Source of the DNA: Candidatus Moraniibacteriota bacterium
Lineage (GTDB): Bacteria > Patescibacteriota > Minisyncoccia > Moranbacterales > UBA9337
Length of the DNA stretch: 53,461 bases
Assembly: GCA_023229615.1 (NCBI GenBank)
Contig: JALNYX010000002.1
Span: 8,797-62,257 of the forward strand
Direction: 5' to 3'
Numbering within the stretch: the first letter of the stretch is position 1; every line of letters starts with the position of its first letter. The translations under genes and the position numbers were made by a program. Of this stretch, positions 1 to 9,200 are shown one piece after another. Under the pieces are notes generated by a model. That model was not told the origin of the DNA and searched no databases. It saw only the letters and a program-made list of their open reading frames with translations.

Positions 1-184
1 GCTTCATTGCCAATTGCTTTCCATATTCACTTTGTCCTCGAGAAAATTTCTTTCCGTGTACTCCGGGAGCATAATTCTTTCTTACAATCGCGCACTTCAA
101 ACCAGCACAACGATCACCCTTAAGAAAGAGCTTCTCTCCTGCTCTGCGACATTTTCGACAACTTGCATTTGTATCTCTAGCCAT
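1..184 (-). CDS. rpsD: 30S ribosomal protein S4, N-terminal 61 codons (rest of gene lies beyond the left window edge)
   Basis: Not in ORF track. Reverse-strand ATG at 184-182 gives [61 protein letters not shown], a typical Cys-rich S4 N-terminus. It lies directly downstream of S13. Confidence 0.85.
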   Translation of the reverse strand, partial: MARDTNASCRKCRRAGEKLFLKGDRCAGLKCAIVRKNYAPGVHGKKFSRGQSEYGKQLAMK

Positions 185-270
185 AATTATTTTCGTTATA
201 ATCACTAATCGTCCTATCTGTTCCAATCGTATCTAACGATTACAACACCTAGAACGCCTTTAAACATTTT

Positions 271-660
271 TTAGGTCTTCTCTGAGGTGGATTTTCTTCC
301 GCTTCCCATTGTTCGGCGAGTATTTCCTCTTACTGTTCGAGTATTAGTTTTTGTCCTCTGTCCTCTAGACGGTAATCCTTTCTGATGTCTGAGCCCTCGG
401 TAACATCCAATTTCCTTGAGTCTTTTAATATTCATTTTCACTTGATGTTTCAATTCTCCTTCTACTCGATATTTTTTTTCAATCTCCTCTTTCAAGCTGT
501 TTACTTCTTCAGGAGTCAAATCTTTCGTCCTTGTATCCTTGTTGATTTTAAGAGAATTCAAAATCTTCACGCTACTTGAGCGCCCTACTCCAAAAATGTA
601 TGTGAGGGAGATTTCTATTCTTTTGTCGTCAGGAATATTAATTCCAGCTATTCTTGCCAT
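271..660 (-). CDS. rpsM: 30S ribosomal protein S13
   Basis: [27 protein letters not shown]...[22 protein letters not shown] is textbook S13. Confidence 0.95.
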   Translation of the reverse strand: MARIAGINIPDDKRIEISLTYIFGVGRSSSVKILNSLKINKDTRTKDLTPEEVNSLKEEIEKKYRVEGELKHQVKMNIKRLKEIGCYRGLRHQKGLPSRGQRTKTNTRTVRGNTRRTMGSGRKSTSEKT

Positions 661-681
661 AGTTATTTTACATTATATTCA

Positions 682-1122
682 TTAAACTCTTCTTGGCTTT
701 TTTGCCCGACATCCATTGTGTGGAATCGGCGTTGTATCTTTTATTTGAGTAATTTCAAATCCATTATTAGCCAATCCTCGAATAGATGCTTCTCTTCCGC
801 CTCCAACACCATTTACGAAAACTGCCAATTCACGCACTCCATACTTTTTCACTTTCTCCGCAACATCAGCGGCTACCTGGGTAGCTGCGTATGGCGTTGA
901 CTTTTTCGCACCCTTAAATCCCAATAGTCCAGAACTAGACCAACCTAAAGATGCTCCATTAATATCAGAAACTGTGATAATGGTATTATTATAAGTACAT
1001 CGGACATTCGCTCTTCCCTTGGAAACCTGACGCTTCCCTTTTTTCACCTTTTTTCCAGAAGTTTCAGATGGATTAACAGCTTCAACTTGTACTTTTTCAA
1101 TTTTTTTAATTTCCTCTGCCAT
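682..1122 (-). CDS. rpsK: 30S ribosomal protein S11
   Basis: NNTIITVSDINGASLGWSSSGLLGFKGAKKSTPYAA...TPIPHNGCRAKKPRRV is textbook S11. Confidence 0.95.
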   Translation of the reverse strand: MAEEIKKIEKVQVEAVNPSETSGKKVKKGKRQVSKGRANVRCTYNNTIITVSDINGASLGWSSSGLLGFKGAKKSTPYAATQVAADVAEKVKKYGVRELAVFVNGVGGGREASIRGLANNGFEITQIKDTTPIPHNGCRAKKPRRV

Positions 1123-1231
1123 ATATATTATTAAAATTTTTCAATTTTTAATTCGTAATTTTCAAACAAGTACCGTTCATTTTCTGTTTATTGTTTAGAA
1201 ACTAGAAATTAAAAATTAGAAATTATCTTTA

Positions 1232-1345
1232 CTATCCTTGTCTTTGCTTGTGCTTTGGAACATCACAAATAACATAAAGTTTTCCTCTACGTTTAACAAT
1301 CTTGCACTTAGCACATATTCTTTTTACTGATGCTCGAACTTTCAT
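1232..1345 (-). CDS. rpmJ: 50S ribosomal protein L36
   Basis: Not in ORF track (37 aa). Reverse ATG at 1345, stop at 1234-1232: [37 protein letters not shown], with the L36 CxxC...C...H zinc motif. Confidence 0.9.
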   Translation of the reverse strand: MKVRASVKRICAKCKIVKRRGKLYVICDVPKHKQRQG

Positions 1346-1425
1346 ATTTTATCGTAAATCGTGAAAAGTATAATATGAAGCAATATTTATTATGCTCCGT
1401 GTTATACGCTTAACGTTATGCGTTT

Positions 1426-1638
1426 TTAAAGTCGCTGTGTTATTCTTCCTCGAGTCAAGTCATATGGACTCATTTCCAGTAAAACTTTGTCTCCCGGAAG
1501 CAAGCGAATATAATTAACTCTCATACGTCCTGAAATATGAGCCAAAACTTCATGGCCATTATCTAATTTAACTTTGAAAGTAGTACTCGGCAAAGTTTCC
1601 AAGATAATTCCTTCGAGTTTTATTAATTCTTTACTCAT
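1426..1638 (-). CDS. infA: translation initiation factor IF-1
   Basis: 70 aa S1-like OB fold. ...[41 protein letters not shown] is the canonical IF-1 sequence. Confidence 0.95.
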   Translation of the reverse strand: MSKELIKLEGIILETLPSTTFKVKLDNGHEVLAHISGRMRVNYIRLLPGDKVLLEMSPYDLTRGRITQRL

Positions 1639-1754
1639 AACAACACAAAAATAGAGGAGCTACTCATGGACTAATCTTTCCTAATTCCTGAAGCTCAAAA
1701 TAATGCCTCTATTTGAAACCTTCTATTAAATTTTCTGTTAACGGACGTACACCC

Positions 1755-1783
1755 ATCCTACACAATCAGTATTTATTTGTCAA
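1755..1783 (-). promoter_or_regulatory. sigma70-like promoter for the infA-rpmJ-rpsK-rpsM-rpsD unit
   Basis: Reverse strand TTGACA (1783-1778), 17-nt spacer, TAGGAT (1760-1755), about 115 nt upstream of infA. The leader contains complementary ATAGAGG / CCTCTAT and GAGCT / AGCTC segments. Confidence 0.45.
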
Positions 1784-1802
1784 TAGCCCGCATTAGATGA
1801 GC

Positions 1803-2951
1803 TTATTTTACGGACATTTTTAAGTTGTTTTTAATCTTTTCTATAAGCTCCATATAAAATTTCAAATTATGCATTGAGATCAAACGCATTGCCAACGGAT
1901 CGCCTGATCGAAAAATGTGATGTAAATAAGCTCGCGAATGATTTTTGCACAATTGGCAGTTACACTTTTCATCAATTGAATTAAAATCATCTTTAAATTT
2001 GGAATTTGAAATATTCACCGTTTCATAAAATTCCCCTTTCAAGTCGTCGCTTTTCCATAAAAATATTCTTCCATGGCGCGCTTCCCGAGTTGGAATCACG
2101 CAATCAAACATATCCCAGCCGAATTCAACACAGCGAACAATATCTTCTGGGGTTCCAACTCCCAAAGCAAAACGCAAAGAATTTTCCGGAATCAACCCAG
2201 CAGTATATTTCAAAACTTCAGCCAAAAAATTTCCCTCACTGTCAATATGTCGCGCTCCGAATCCATATCCATCCCAACTCATAACTGGTCCTCCTTTGAC
2301 GGAAAGCCCTATTTCAATCAATCCATCAACGCATTTTTTTCTCAAATCCAAATATTCCCCGCCCTGAATAACACAAAAAATCAAAGGTCTGTTTTCTTTT
2401 TCAATTTTTCTCTCTTTAATTTGTTTTTTATATTCCATCATACACCTCTCCGCCCAAGCCAACGTCCGATCAACCGCCGCTTCAATTTTTTCTTTCGTAT
2501 CACTGTTCGGGGGAGGATCATCCAGACAAACCATCATATCCACACCCAAATCAAACTGAATCTGAATCGCTTTTTCCGGAGTGATATAATGTTTTTTTCC
2601 ACTGAGAGGCGACCGAAATTCCACCCCATCATCCGTGATTTTCCCCATCTTCGGATTTTTGTGAATCAAAGAAAAAACTTGATACCCGCCGGAATCGGAA
2701 AGCAAAGGTCCTTTCCAATTCATAAACTTGTGAATATCCCCACTTTTTTTAATCAAATCCATTCCAGGTTGCAGGAAAAGATGATAAGTATTAACCACCA
2801 TCGGAACAACCCCTGCCTCTTCCAAATCATTTCCGCTGAGTGATTTGACAAATCCCCGAGTAGCATCCGGCATAAAAAACGGAGTTTCCAATTCTCCGCT
2901 TTTCGTTTTAACCTTTTTTATTCTAGCTTTTCCTTCTTGAAAAATATTCAT
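1803..2951 (-). CDS. tgt: tRNA-guanine transglycosylase (queuine tRNA-ribosyltransferase)
   Basis: 382 aa. TGT core (..LLSDSGGYQVFSL..) and C-terminal zinc motif CNCQLCKNHSRAYLHH. Confidence 0.9.
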   Translation of the reverse strand: MNIFQEGKARIKKVKTKSGELETPFFMPDATRGFVKSLSGNDLEEAGVVPMVVNTYHLFLQPGMDLIKKSGDIHKFMNWKGPLLSDSGGYQVFSLIHKNPKMGKITDDGVEFRSPLSGKKHYITPEKAIQIQFDLGVDMMVCLDDPPPNSDTKEKIEAAVDRTLAWAERCMMEYKKQIKERKIEKENRPLIFCVIQGGEYLDLRKKCVDGLIEIGLSVKGGPVMSWDGYGFGARHIDSEGNFLAEVLKYTAGLIPENSLRFALGVGTPEDIVRCVEFGWDMFDCVIPTREARHGRIFLWKSDDLKGEFYETVNISNSKFKDDFNSIDEKCNCQLCKNHSRAYLHHIFRSGDPLAMRLISMHNLKFYMELIEKIKNNLKMSVK

Positions 2952-3030
2952 ATTTTTTTCAACTTAAACTCTATACGCAAGCCAATTGAGTATTAACAAA
3001 AAAGAATACTCAAATGCGCAAACCATAAAT

Positions 3031-4932
3031 CTATTCATTTGCCACTACTTTATATCCATCAGAAGAAACACTGCTGTCTTCTTTTACTTCAGAAGTTTTT
3101 TCCACAAATTCCTTGACTATATCCACATTTGTAAACAAATCTTTAGCTTTAAGTGTAGTTTTTCCTAAAAGCTGAGCCACTCCGCCTATTTGATTTATTT
3201 GAGGAACAACAGAAACCTTGAAGCTTACGCTCTTGGGGGAATTAATAATTCCTGTTCCGCCATCGATTTTTTTCAAACTCCACACAATTTCATTAGTTCT
3301 ATTGTTATATGTCACATTTTCACTTCCTGGAAAAATTTCATTTTTCCATTTCGCTCCGGTCGGAAGGGAAGCAACAACCAAAACATCACCAATATCATTA
3401 GAAACGTTTGAAATAGCCCAGCGAATAACATATTCTGTTTCTTGTCCTACTGTCGGAGGAATTGGTCCGGAAGTTTTAATATCAGAATTATTGAAATAAC
3501 CTTCTGTGCTCAAAATAACTTTTGAATTAATTTTTACCATCGCCCGACTCGTACTTTCGTTAATGCCAACCGCTGGATATGTTACATCCGGACTGTCTAT
3601 CTTTGCAATTGATTCAATTGAAAAATTCTTGTCACCAGCTCCGTTAATATCAATTTTATCTTTTACTGGAATAGAAAAACTTACCGATCCTCCTTGCATA
3701 GGATCAATTTTTGCCAATTGAGGAAAATCTGAAGCCTTCCACATAATTTCTTTACTATCAGAATTATAAGAACCCTTGCCGTCCAAATTCAATTTGGAAA
3801 AATCCAGAACTGGAGAGTCTATTTTCATAGTTAATATCAAATCTCGAAGACCGACCTCTCCTTCATTGCGATAATTAATTTCATATTTCAAATTCGTTCC
3901 AGAATCAACATCCAAAGACTTCTGTCCATTCACTGTTTGCGAAATAGAAAGTGGCAATGTAACTATCTTGGAAACTGCTTCTCGACTCTCATAAACAAGC
4001 AGTTCCTTGTCTTGCCTCGATTGCCCAATAACTGCCTTTATCAACTTCACGTCCCCTCTTGAGCCTTGAATAATTCCGCTTATTTTGATTTCCCCTTTTT
4101 GTCCCGGAATCAATTCTCCGACATACCAAGTACCGCTTCCTTCAAAAACAGGAACACTTGAATTGCTAATTTCAAACCCATCAGGAAAATCAACCTTAAG
4201 CTTCAAATTATCAAATGGAACAGAACTGGTATTTTGATAAGCAATAGTATAGTCAACTTCATTCTCACCAAGAACTTCCCTGGGCGCATCAATAGAAATC
4301 GCCACCGCAGAAGTTTTCACATCCAATCCCTTCTGACCGTCAGATTGAAATGAACTGCTAAAATTGGACGGCATATATTTGAGTGCCGCCTTTATCATCA
4401 ATGTATAATTAATCGGCGCATAAAATCTTCCTTGAATTTCCACAAATCCTTCACTTTTAGATTTTATCTTTCCTAATTTAATCCGACTGCTATTTTCACT
4501 CTCGGACTCGAAATTAGAATTTCCTTCCGGTTTGAAATTCTCCGGATAACTGATTGTCAGCTCTGCATCATTAAGATCAGCTCGATTGTTATTTTTGTAT
4601 TTTATTTTGTATTTTACTATTTCAGCACTGTTTATTTCTACCGGGCCATCCACTTCCACTATCACTCGATCCTCGCTAAAGGCAGTTTGACTATATCTAA
4701 AAACTCCATAGGCAATCGCTCCCAGTAAAAACAAAGCGCCTAAAACCAATCCGAAAATCTTAATAATCCGCAATGTTTCATCATCCAACCAACTAGCCAC
4801 CCGTTTCCAACTTCTTTCATTAGTTGTTTGAAAATTATTTTCTACCGGACCCTTATTTTCTCCAAAAAATTCCTTATTATCAACTTTTACACTAGGGTCA
4901 TTTATTTTTTCGTTCAAATTATCTAAAGACAT
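3031..4932 (-). CDS. membrane-anchored repetitive surface protein (hypothetical, DUF11-like beta-rich repeats)
   Basis: 633 aa. Short cytoplasmic tail, one TM helix (IFGLVLGALFLLGAIAYGVF), then a long beta-rich ectodomain with recurring ..Y.I.Y.N.. segments. No catalytic motif seen. Confidence 0.6.
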   Translation of the reverse strand: MSLDNLNEKINDPSVKVDNKEFFGENKGPVENNFQTTNERSWKRVASWLDDETLRIIKIFGLVLGALFLLGAIAYGVFRYSQTAFSEDRVIVEVDGPVEINSAEIVKYKIKYKNNNRADLNDAELTISYPENFKPEGNSNFESESENSSRIKLGKIKSKSEGFVEIQGRFYAPINYTLMIKAALKYMPSNFSSSFQSDGQKGLDVKTSAVAISIDAPREVLGENEVDYTIAYQNTSSVPFDNLKLKVDFPDGFEISNSSVPVFEGSGTWYVGELIPGQKGEIKISGIIQGSRGDVKLIKAVIGQSRQDKELLVYESREAVSKIVTLPLSISQTVNGQKSLDVDSGTNLKYEINYRNEGEVGLRDLILTMKIDSPVLDFSKLNLDGKGSYNSDSKEIMWKASDFPQLAKIDPMQGGSVSFSIPVKDKIDINGAGDKNFSIESIAKIDSPDVTYPAVGINESTSRAMVKINSKVILSTEGYFNNSDIKTSGPIPPTVGQETEYVIRWAISNVSNDIGDVLVVASLPTGAKWKNEIFPGSENVTYNNRTNEIVWSLKKIDGGTGIINSPKSVSFKVSVVPQINQIGGVAQLLGKTTLKAKDLFTNVDIVKEFVEKTSEVKEDSSVSSDGYKVVANE

Positions 4933-5072
4933 AGCAATTTTTTTATATTTATTTTTATTTAATTTACCTTCTTATTTTACCAGAGTATTTTTCGTTCAAC
5001 AAGTTAATCACTGTCAAAAAAAATAATTCTCCGTACTCCAATTCATTTATTAACAGCGAAGTCTTTCTTAAA

Positions 5073-5789
5073 TCAGGAAATCCATTGATAAAACCGGCTG
5101 CTAATCATTTCCAATTCGGCAATTTCTTCTTTTTTCATTTTCAACTTCACTAATGAATCCAGATTGTTTGAAGAAAAAATGCGCAGCGCTTTAATCGCAC
5201 TGTCGCTGATGTGGAATTTTTCCATTATTCCTTCCTGGCAATCATGACAAAAAACTCCTCCGTTCTGCGCGGAAAAAAAATTCCCACCGGCGGTTATCCT
5301 TTTTCCACAAAAAGCACAACTAACAACTTCAATTTGATATCCCAGTAAATTAAAAAGTTGAAATAAAAATCCTTGGCTGATCATCCGACAAAAAAACTGA
5401 TCGCGATCTTCCGATTTTTTTTCCAACAAGATTAAGTATCTCAAAAGTAAAGAAAAGGCCTGTTCGTCTTTCTGCTCGTCTTCAGTGAGCCGATTGAAAA
5501 TTTCAAACATCTGAAAAGCCTTCTCCAACAAATCCAAGTCCTTTTTAATGACAGAAAAATTATTCTCCACAATCGCTGATTTTATCTTTCCCATTCCCTT
5601 ATTTCTCGCAATTAAAACATCCACCAAATTGAAATTCTCCAACTGCCCAGCAAGCTTGGCGTGCATTTTTCGCACACCCTTGGCAAGGGTGCGGATTTTT
5701 CCCTGCTCCAAAGTATAGATAACATAAATCCGATCGGTCTCCCCGACATCATACTTTCCCAAAATTATCCCCGTATATTTGTATTCCAT
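5073..5789 (-). CDS. recO: DNA repair protein RecO
   Basis: 238 aa. N-terminal OB-fold sequence (GIILGKYDVGETDRIYVIYTLEQGKIRTLAKGVRK) and a CxxC...CxxC zinc motif (CAFCGK...CHDC), typical of RecO. Confidence 0.85.
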   Translation of the reverse strand: MEYKYTGIILGKYDVGETDRIYVIYTLEQGKIRTLAKGVRKMHAKLAGQLENFNLVDVLIARNKGMGKIKSAIVENNFSVIKKDLDLLEKAFQMFEIFNRLTEDEQKDEQAFSLLLRYLILLEKKSEDRDQFFCRMISQGFLFQLFNLLGYQIEVVSCAFCGKRITAGGNFFSAQNGGVFCHDCQEGIMEKFHISDSAIKALRIFSSNNLDSLVKLKMKKEEIAELEMISSRFYQWIS

Positions 5790-5829
5790 AGAGTCATTCT
5801 AGCACAATAATAACAGACATAAAGACAAT

Positions 5830-5867
5830 AAAAAAAGGCTCAACCTTGCATTATGCAAAATCAAGCC
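5830..5867 (-). terminator. intrinsic terminator ending the ileS + small-ORF transcription unit
   Basis: On the reverse strand, GGCTTGATTTTGCAT-A-ATGCAAGGTTGAGCC hairpin followed by TTTTTTT. Confidence 0.6.
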
Positions 5868-5903
5868 TCCATCCTGCGACAAACCCGAAAATTTTTTCCG
5901 GAT

Positions 5904-6068
5904 TTAGCACAGGATTCCTTCCAGTAAACTCTCCGCCAAAACTCCGGCGAAAAGCGTACTTCCTCCTGCAGCAAATGCAGGAAAGGCACCCCCGAAAAAA
6001 TACCAACCACCACCCGCCGCCAAAACAACGATGGCGAGCAGTAGACAGATCCACGTCGACCTTTTCAT
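5904..6068 (-). CDS. small hydrophobic membrane protein (54 aa), hypothetical
   Basis: Not in ORF track. MKRSTWICLLLAIVVLAAGGGWYFFGGAFPAFAAGGSTLFAGVLAESLLEGILC. GGAGGA lies 6 nt upstream of the ATG. The ATGA start/stop overlaps the upstream small ORF, and a terminator follows. Confidence 0.45.
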   Translation of the reverse strand: MKRSTWICLLLAIVVLAAGGGWYFFGGAFPAFAAGGSTLFAGVLAESLLEGILC

Positions 6069-6214
6069 TTCTCGTCCTCCTCTTTATTTTTTTCTCCACC
6101 CGCTGTTGCGAGCAGGAATAGCATAATAATAAAAAAACTTCCACCAAAAAAAACATACGAGACGATAGGCGGAACCTCACACACATCCAAAAAAAACTTT
6201 ACTACGAAATCCAT
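6065..6214 (-). CDS. small membrane protein (49 aa), hypothetical
   Basis: Not in ORF track. MDFVVKFFLDVCEVPPIVSYVFFGGSFFIIMLFLLATAGGEKNKEEDEK. AGGAGGT lies 6 nt upstream of the ATG. It sits immediately downstream of the ileS stop. Confidence 0.45.
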   Translation of the reverse strand: MDFVVKFFLDVCEVPPIVSYVFFGGSFFIIMLFLLATAGGEKNKEEDEK

Positions 6215-6238
6215 AAACGCACCTCCTGCGTTTTGCAT

Positions 6239-9200
6239 TTATCTGCAAATTCCAATCCGGACTTTTTCTCCATCCAAATCGAAATCTTTTTCCAGATCCG
6301 TTTTTTCCAATTTTTCCTTGGAAAAACGATCTGCTAGGACTTCCTTGGCGATTAATTCGCCGAAATTGTCAAATAACTCTAATTTGCCATCATAGCACAC
6401 TTGGATGCGGTTGTCAACTTCATATCCCGCTTCTTTGCGCATTTCCTGAATAAACCGAACAACCTCCCGCGCCTGCCCTTCCATCCTCAGCTCTTGGGTA
6501 ATTTCCGTATTCAAAAACACCTTGACCCCGCCGGCATCGCCGACTGCCCATTTCCCTTCCGTTTCTTCCTCTCCGCTAATCGCAACATTTTTCACATTAA
6601 CTTCCTCTTTTATTATATTTAAAAATTCTTTTTCATTGTTTGAAAATTGAAAATTGAAAATTGAAAATTGACCCAAAGGTTGCCTCACTTTGATTCCATT
6701 TTTTGCGCGAAGTTGCAACGCTTCCGTGATAATTTCGCGGGTTTTTTGCATTTCTTCGTTTAACCTTTCATCAATCAACTTCTCATCCGCCATCGGCATC
6801 TCCTCCAAATGCACAGACTCTTTGCCCGTTAGATTTTTGAAAATCTCCTCAGAAATAAAAGGCGCAAACGGCGCCATCACTTTGGAAAGTTCCACCAAAA
6901 CATAATACAAAGTCGCATATGCCTCATTTTTATCGTTGTCATTTTCCGATTTCCAGAATCTCTTTCTTGATCGGCGCACATACCAATTAGAAAGATTGTC
7001 CACGAATTTAGGCACCAAACGGCACGCCCGGTTAAGCTCATAATTTTCCATATGCAAATTAAAATCACGAATCAGCATATGCAACTCCGAAACAATCCAA
7101 CGATCCAACAAATTGTTCGTATTTTTCGCTTTTCGCTTTTCGCTTTTCGCTTTCCAGCCGTCAATATTGGCATAGAGCACAAAAAATGAATATGAATTCC
7201 AAAGCATCCGCATCATCCCGCGCACCACATCCGCCACATCCGCCTCTTTGAAATTCAGATTTTCAGATGCCACCACCGGGGAGCTCATCAAATAGAATCG
7301 CACCGCATCCGCCCCATATTTTTCAAACATCACCATTGGATCAGGATAATTGCTCAACCTTTTTGACATCTTCTTTCCATCTTCCGCCAAAACAGTTCCA
7401 TTAACGATCACATTTTTGAAAGCCGGTTTATTTTTGAGTGCCGTTCCCAGAATATGCAAATAATAAAACCAGGCGCGGGTTTGGTCCTGTCCTTCCGCAA
7501 TGAAATCTGCCGGAAAATTGGCTTCAAATTTTTCCTGATTTTCGAACGGATAATGCATCTGGGCATAAGGCATCGAACCACTGTCAAACCAGGTATCCAA
7601 AACATCCGGCACCCGTTTCATTGTCCCTGCTTGCGCTGAGCCTGTCGAAGCGCACTTTTCACATTTGAAAGTAATTTTGTCTACGATATGTTTGTGGATG
7701 TCGGTAATTTTTTCCCCGGAAATTTCTTCCAACTCCCCAACGCTCCCAAACACCCTAACTTCTCCACATTGATCGCAAACCCAAATCGGCATCACGCTCG
7801 CCCAAAACCTTTGCCTTGAAATCGACCAGTCGCGCGCTCCTTCCAGCCAATTTCCAAACCGCCCTTCTTTCATATGCTTCGGGGTCCAATTTATTTCCTT
7901 GGCCATTTCCAAAGCCTCCTCTTTCACTTTTTCCACCGCCACGAACCAGGAGCTTGTCGCGTAATTGATAAGCGGCGTATCGCACCTCCAACAATGCGGA
8001 TAGCTATGTTCATATTTTTCCTTGGAAAAAAGAAGATTATTGTGCGCCAAATATTTGATAATTTCGATATCGGTTTTTTGATGACTGTCTTTTTCTCCGG
8101 TCATCGGCTTAACTGAAAGTCCGGCGAAACTTGCCCTGTAGCCAGCTTGCTGTGCTTCAGTGTCTCCGGCTTCTTTTTTAATCACGCCGTCCAATCCGAC
8201 GTGTTGCACAAACGGCAACTTTTCTTTTTGTCCCAATTTCAAATCATCCTCTCCGAAAGCCGGAGCAATATGCACCACACCCGTCCCTTCTTCCGTCGTT
8301 ACGAAATCAGCGGCATAAATCTTCCAACCGTTCTCCTCGTTTTGCAAACCTTTGTTTTGGTAATAGTCAAATAATGGTTTATATTTTTTACCAACCAAAG
8401 CATTTCCTTCCATCTCGTCAATAATCTCATTTTCATTAATTACCATAGGCTCTCCTTTTACTGACGAAAAATCCTTCAATCCAAATAATTTTACTCCTAT
8501 TTGATTAACACCATCTTTATAAAATTCAGTTTTCCATTTTTCATAGATATCTTTAGCAACTATAATGTTTTCATAAATTGGCTTACCCTTTTCATTTCTC
8601 TTGTCAGCATACACTCTCACTTTTGTATATTTAACATTCTTCCCAACCGCCAAAGCCACATTGCCGATCAAAGTCCACGGTGTCGTCGTCCAAGCCAGAA
8701 CGAAAGTCCCCGGTTCATCCACCAGTTCAAATTTCGCGATCGCTGACAAATCTTTGATATCCTTATACCCTTCCGAAACTTCTTGCTGCGACAAAGTCGT
8801 TTCGCAACGCGTGCAAATGTGCATACTGCGGTAGCCTTCATAAATCAAACCTTTGTCATAGAGCTGTTTGAAAACGTTCCAAACCGATTCCATATACGGC
8901 AAATCCATCGTCTTGTAGGCGTTTTCCATATCCGCCCAACGACCAAGCCTGGTGATCACTTTCTTCCACTCATCCACATATCCCAAAACCTTGCTCCGGC
9001 ACAGCCCATTGAATTTTTCCACACCCATTTCCTCGATGTCTTTTTTCTTTTTCGAACCCAATTCTTTTTCCACGATATTCTCAATCGGCAGTCCGTGGCA
9101 GTCCCAACCCCACTTGCGCTCAACATATTTTCCGCGCATCGTCCAATACCGCGGCACCACATCCTTCATCACACTGCCCACGATATGCCCATAATGCGGA

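Noticed and set aside
2073-2843. 256-aa plus-strand ORF (and 2006-2284)
   Set aside because: Entirely antisense to tgt. The product is Phe/Asn/Ser/Arg-rich junk-like sequence. Shadow ORF.
5851-6186. 111-aa minus-strand ORF and 91-aa plus-strand ORF (5846-6121) from the track
   Set aside because: Arg/Cys/Pro-rich products without an SD. Another minus-strand frame gives two SD-preceded, ATGA-coupled hydrophobic peptides that explain the region better.
6640-6671. Whether the short tandem arrays (also 7123, 10552, 18951, 40804, 41205) could be CRISPR arrays
   Set aside because: The units are 7-9 nt and directly abut, with no spacers. There are no cas genes in the window.
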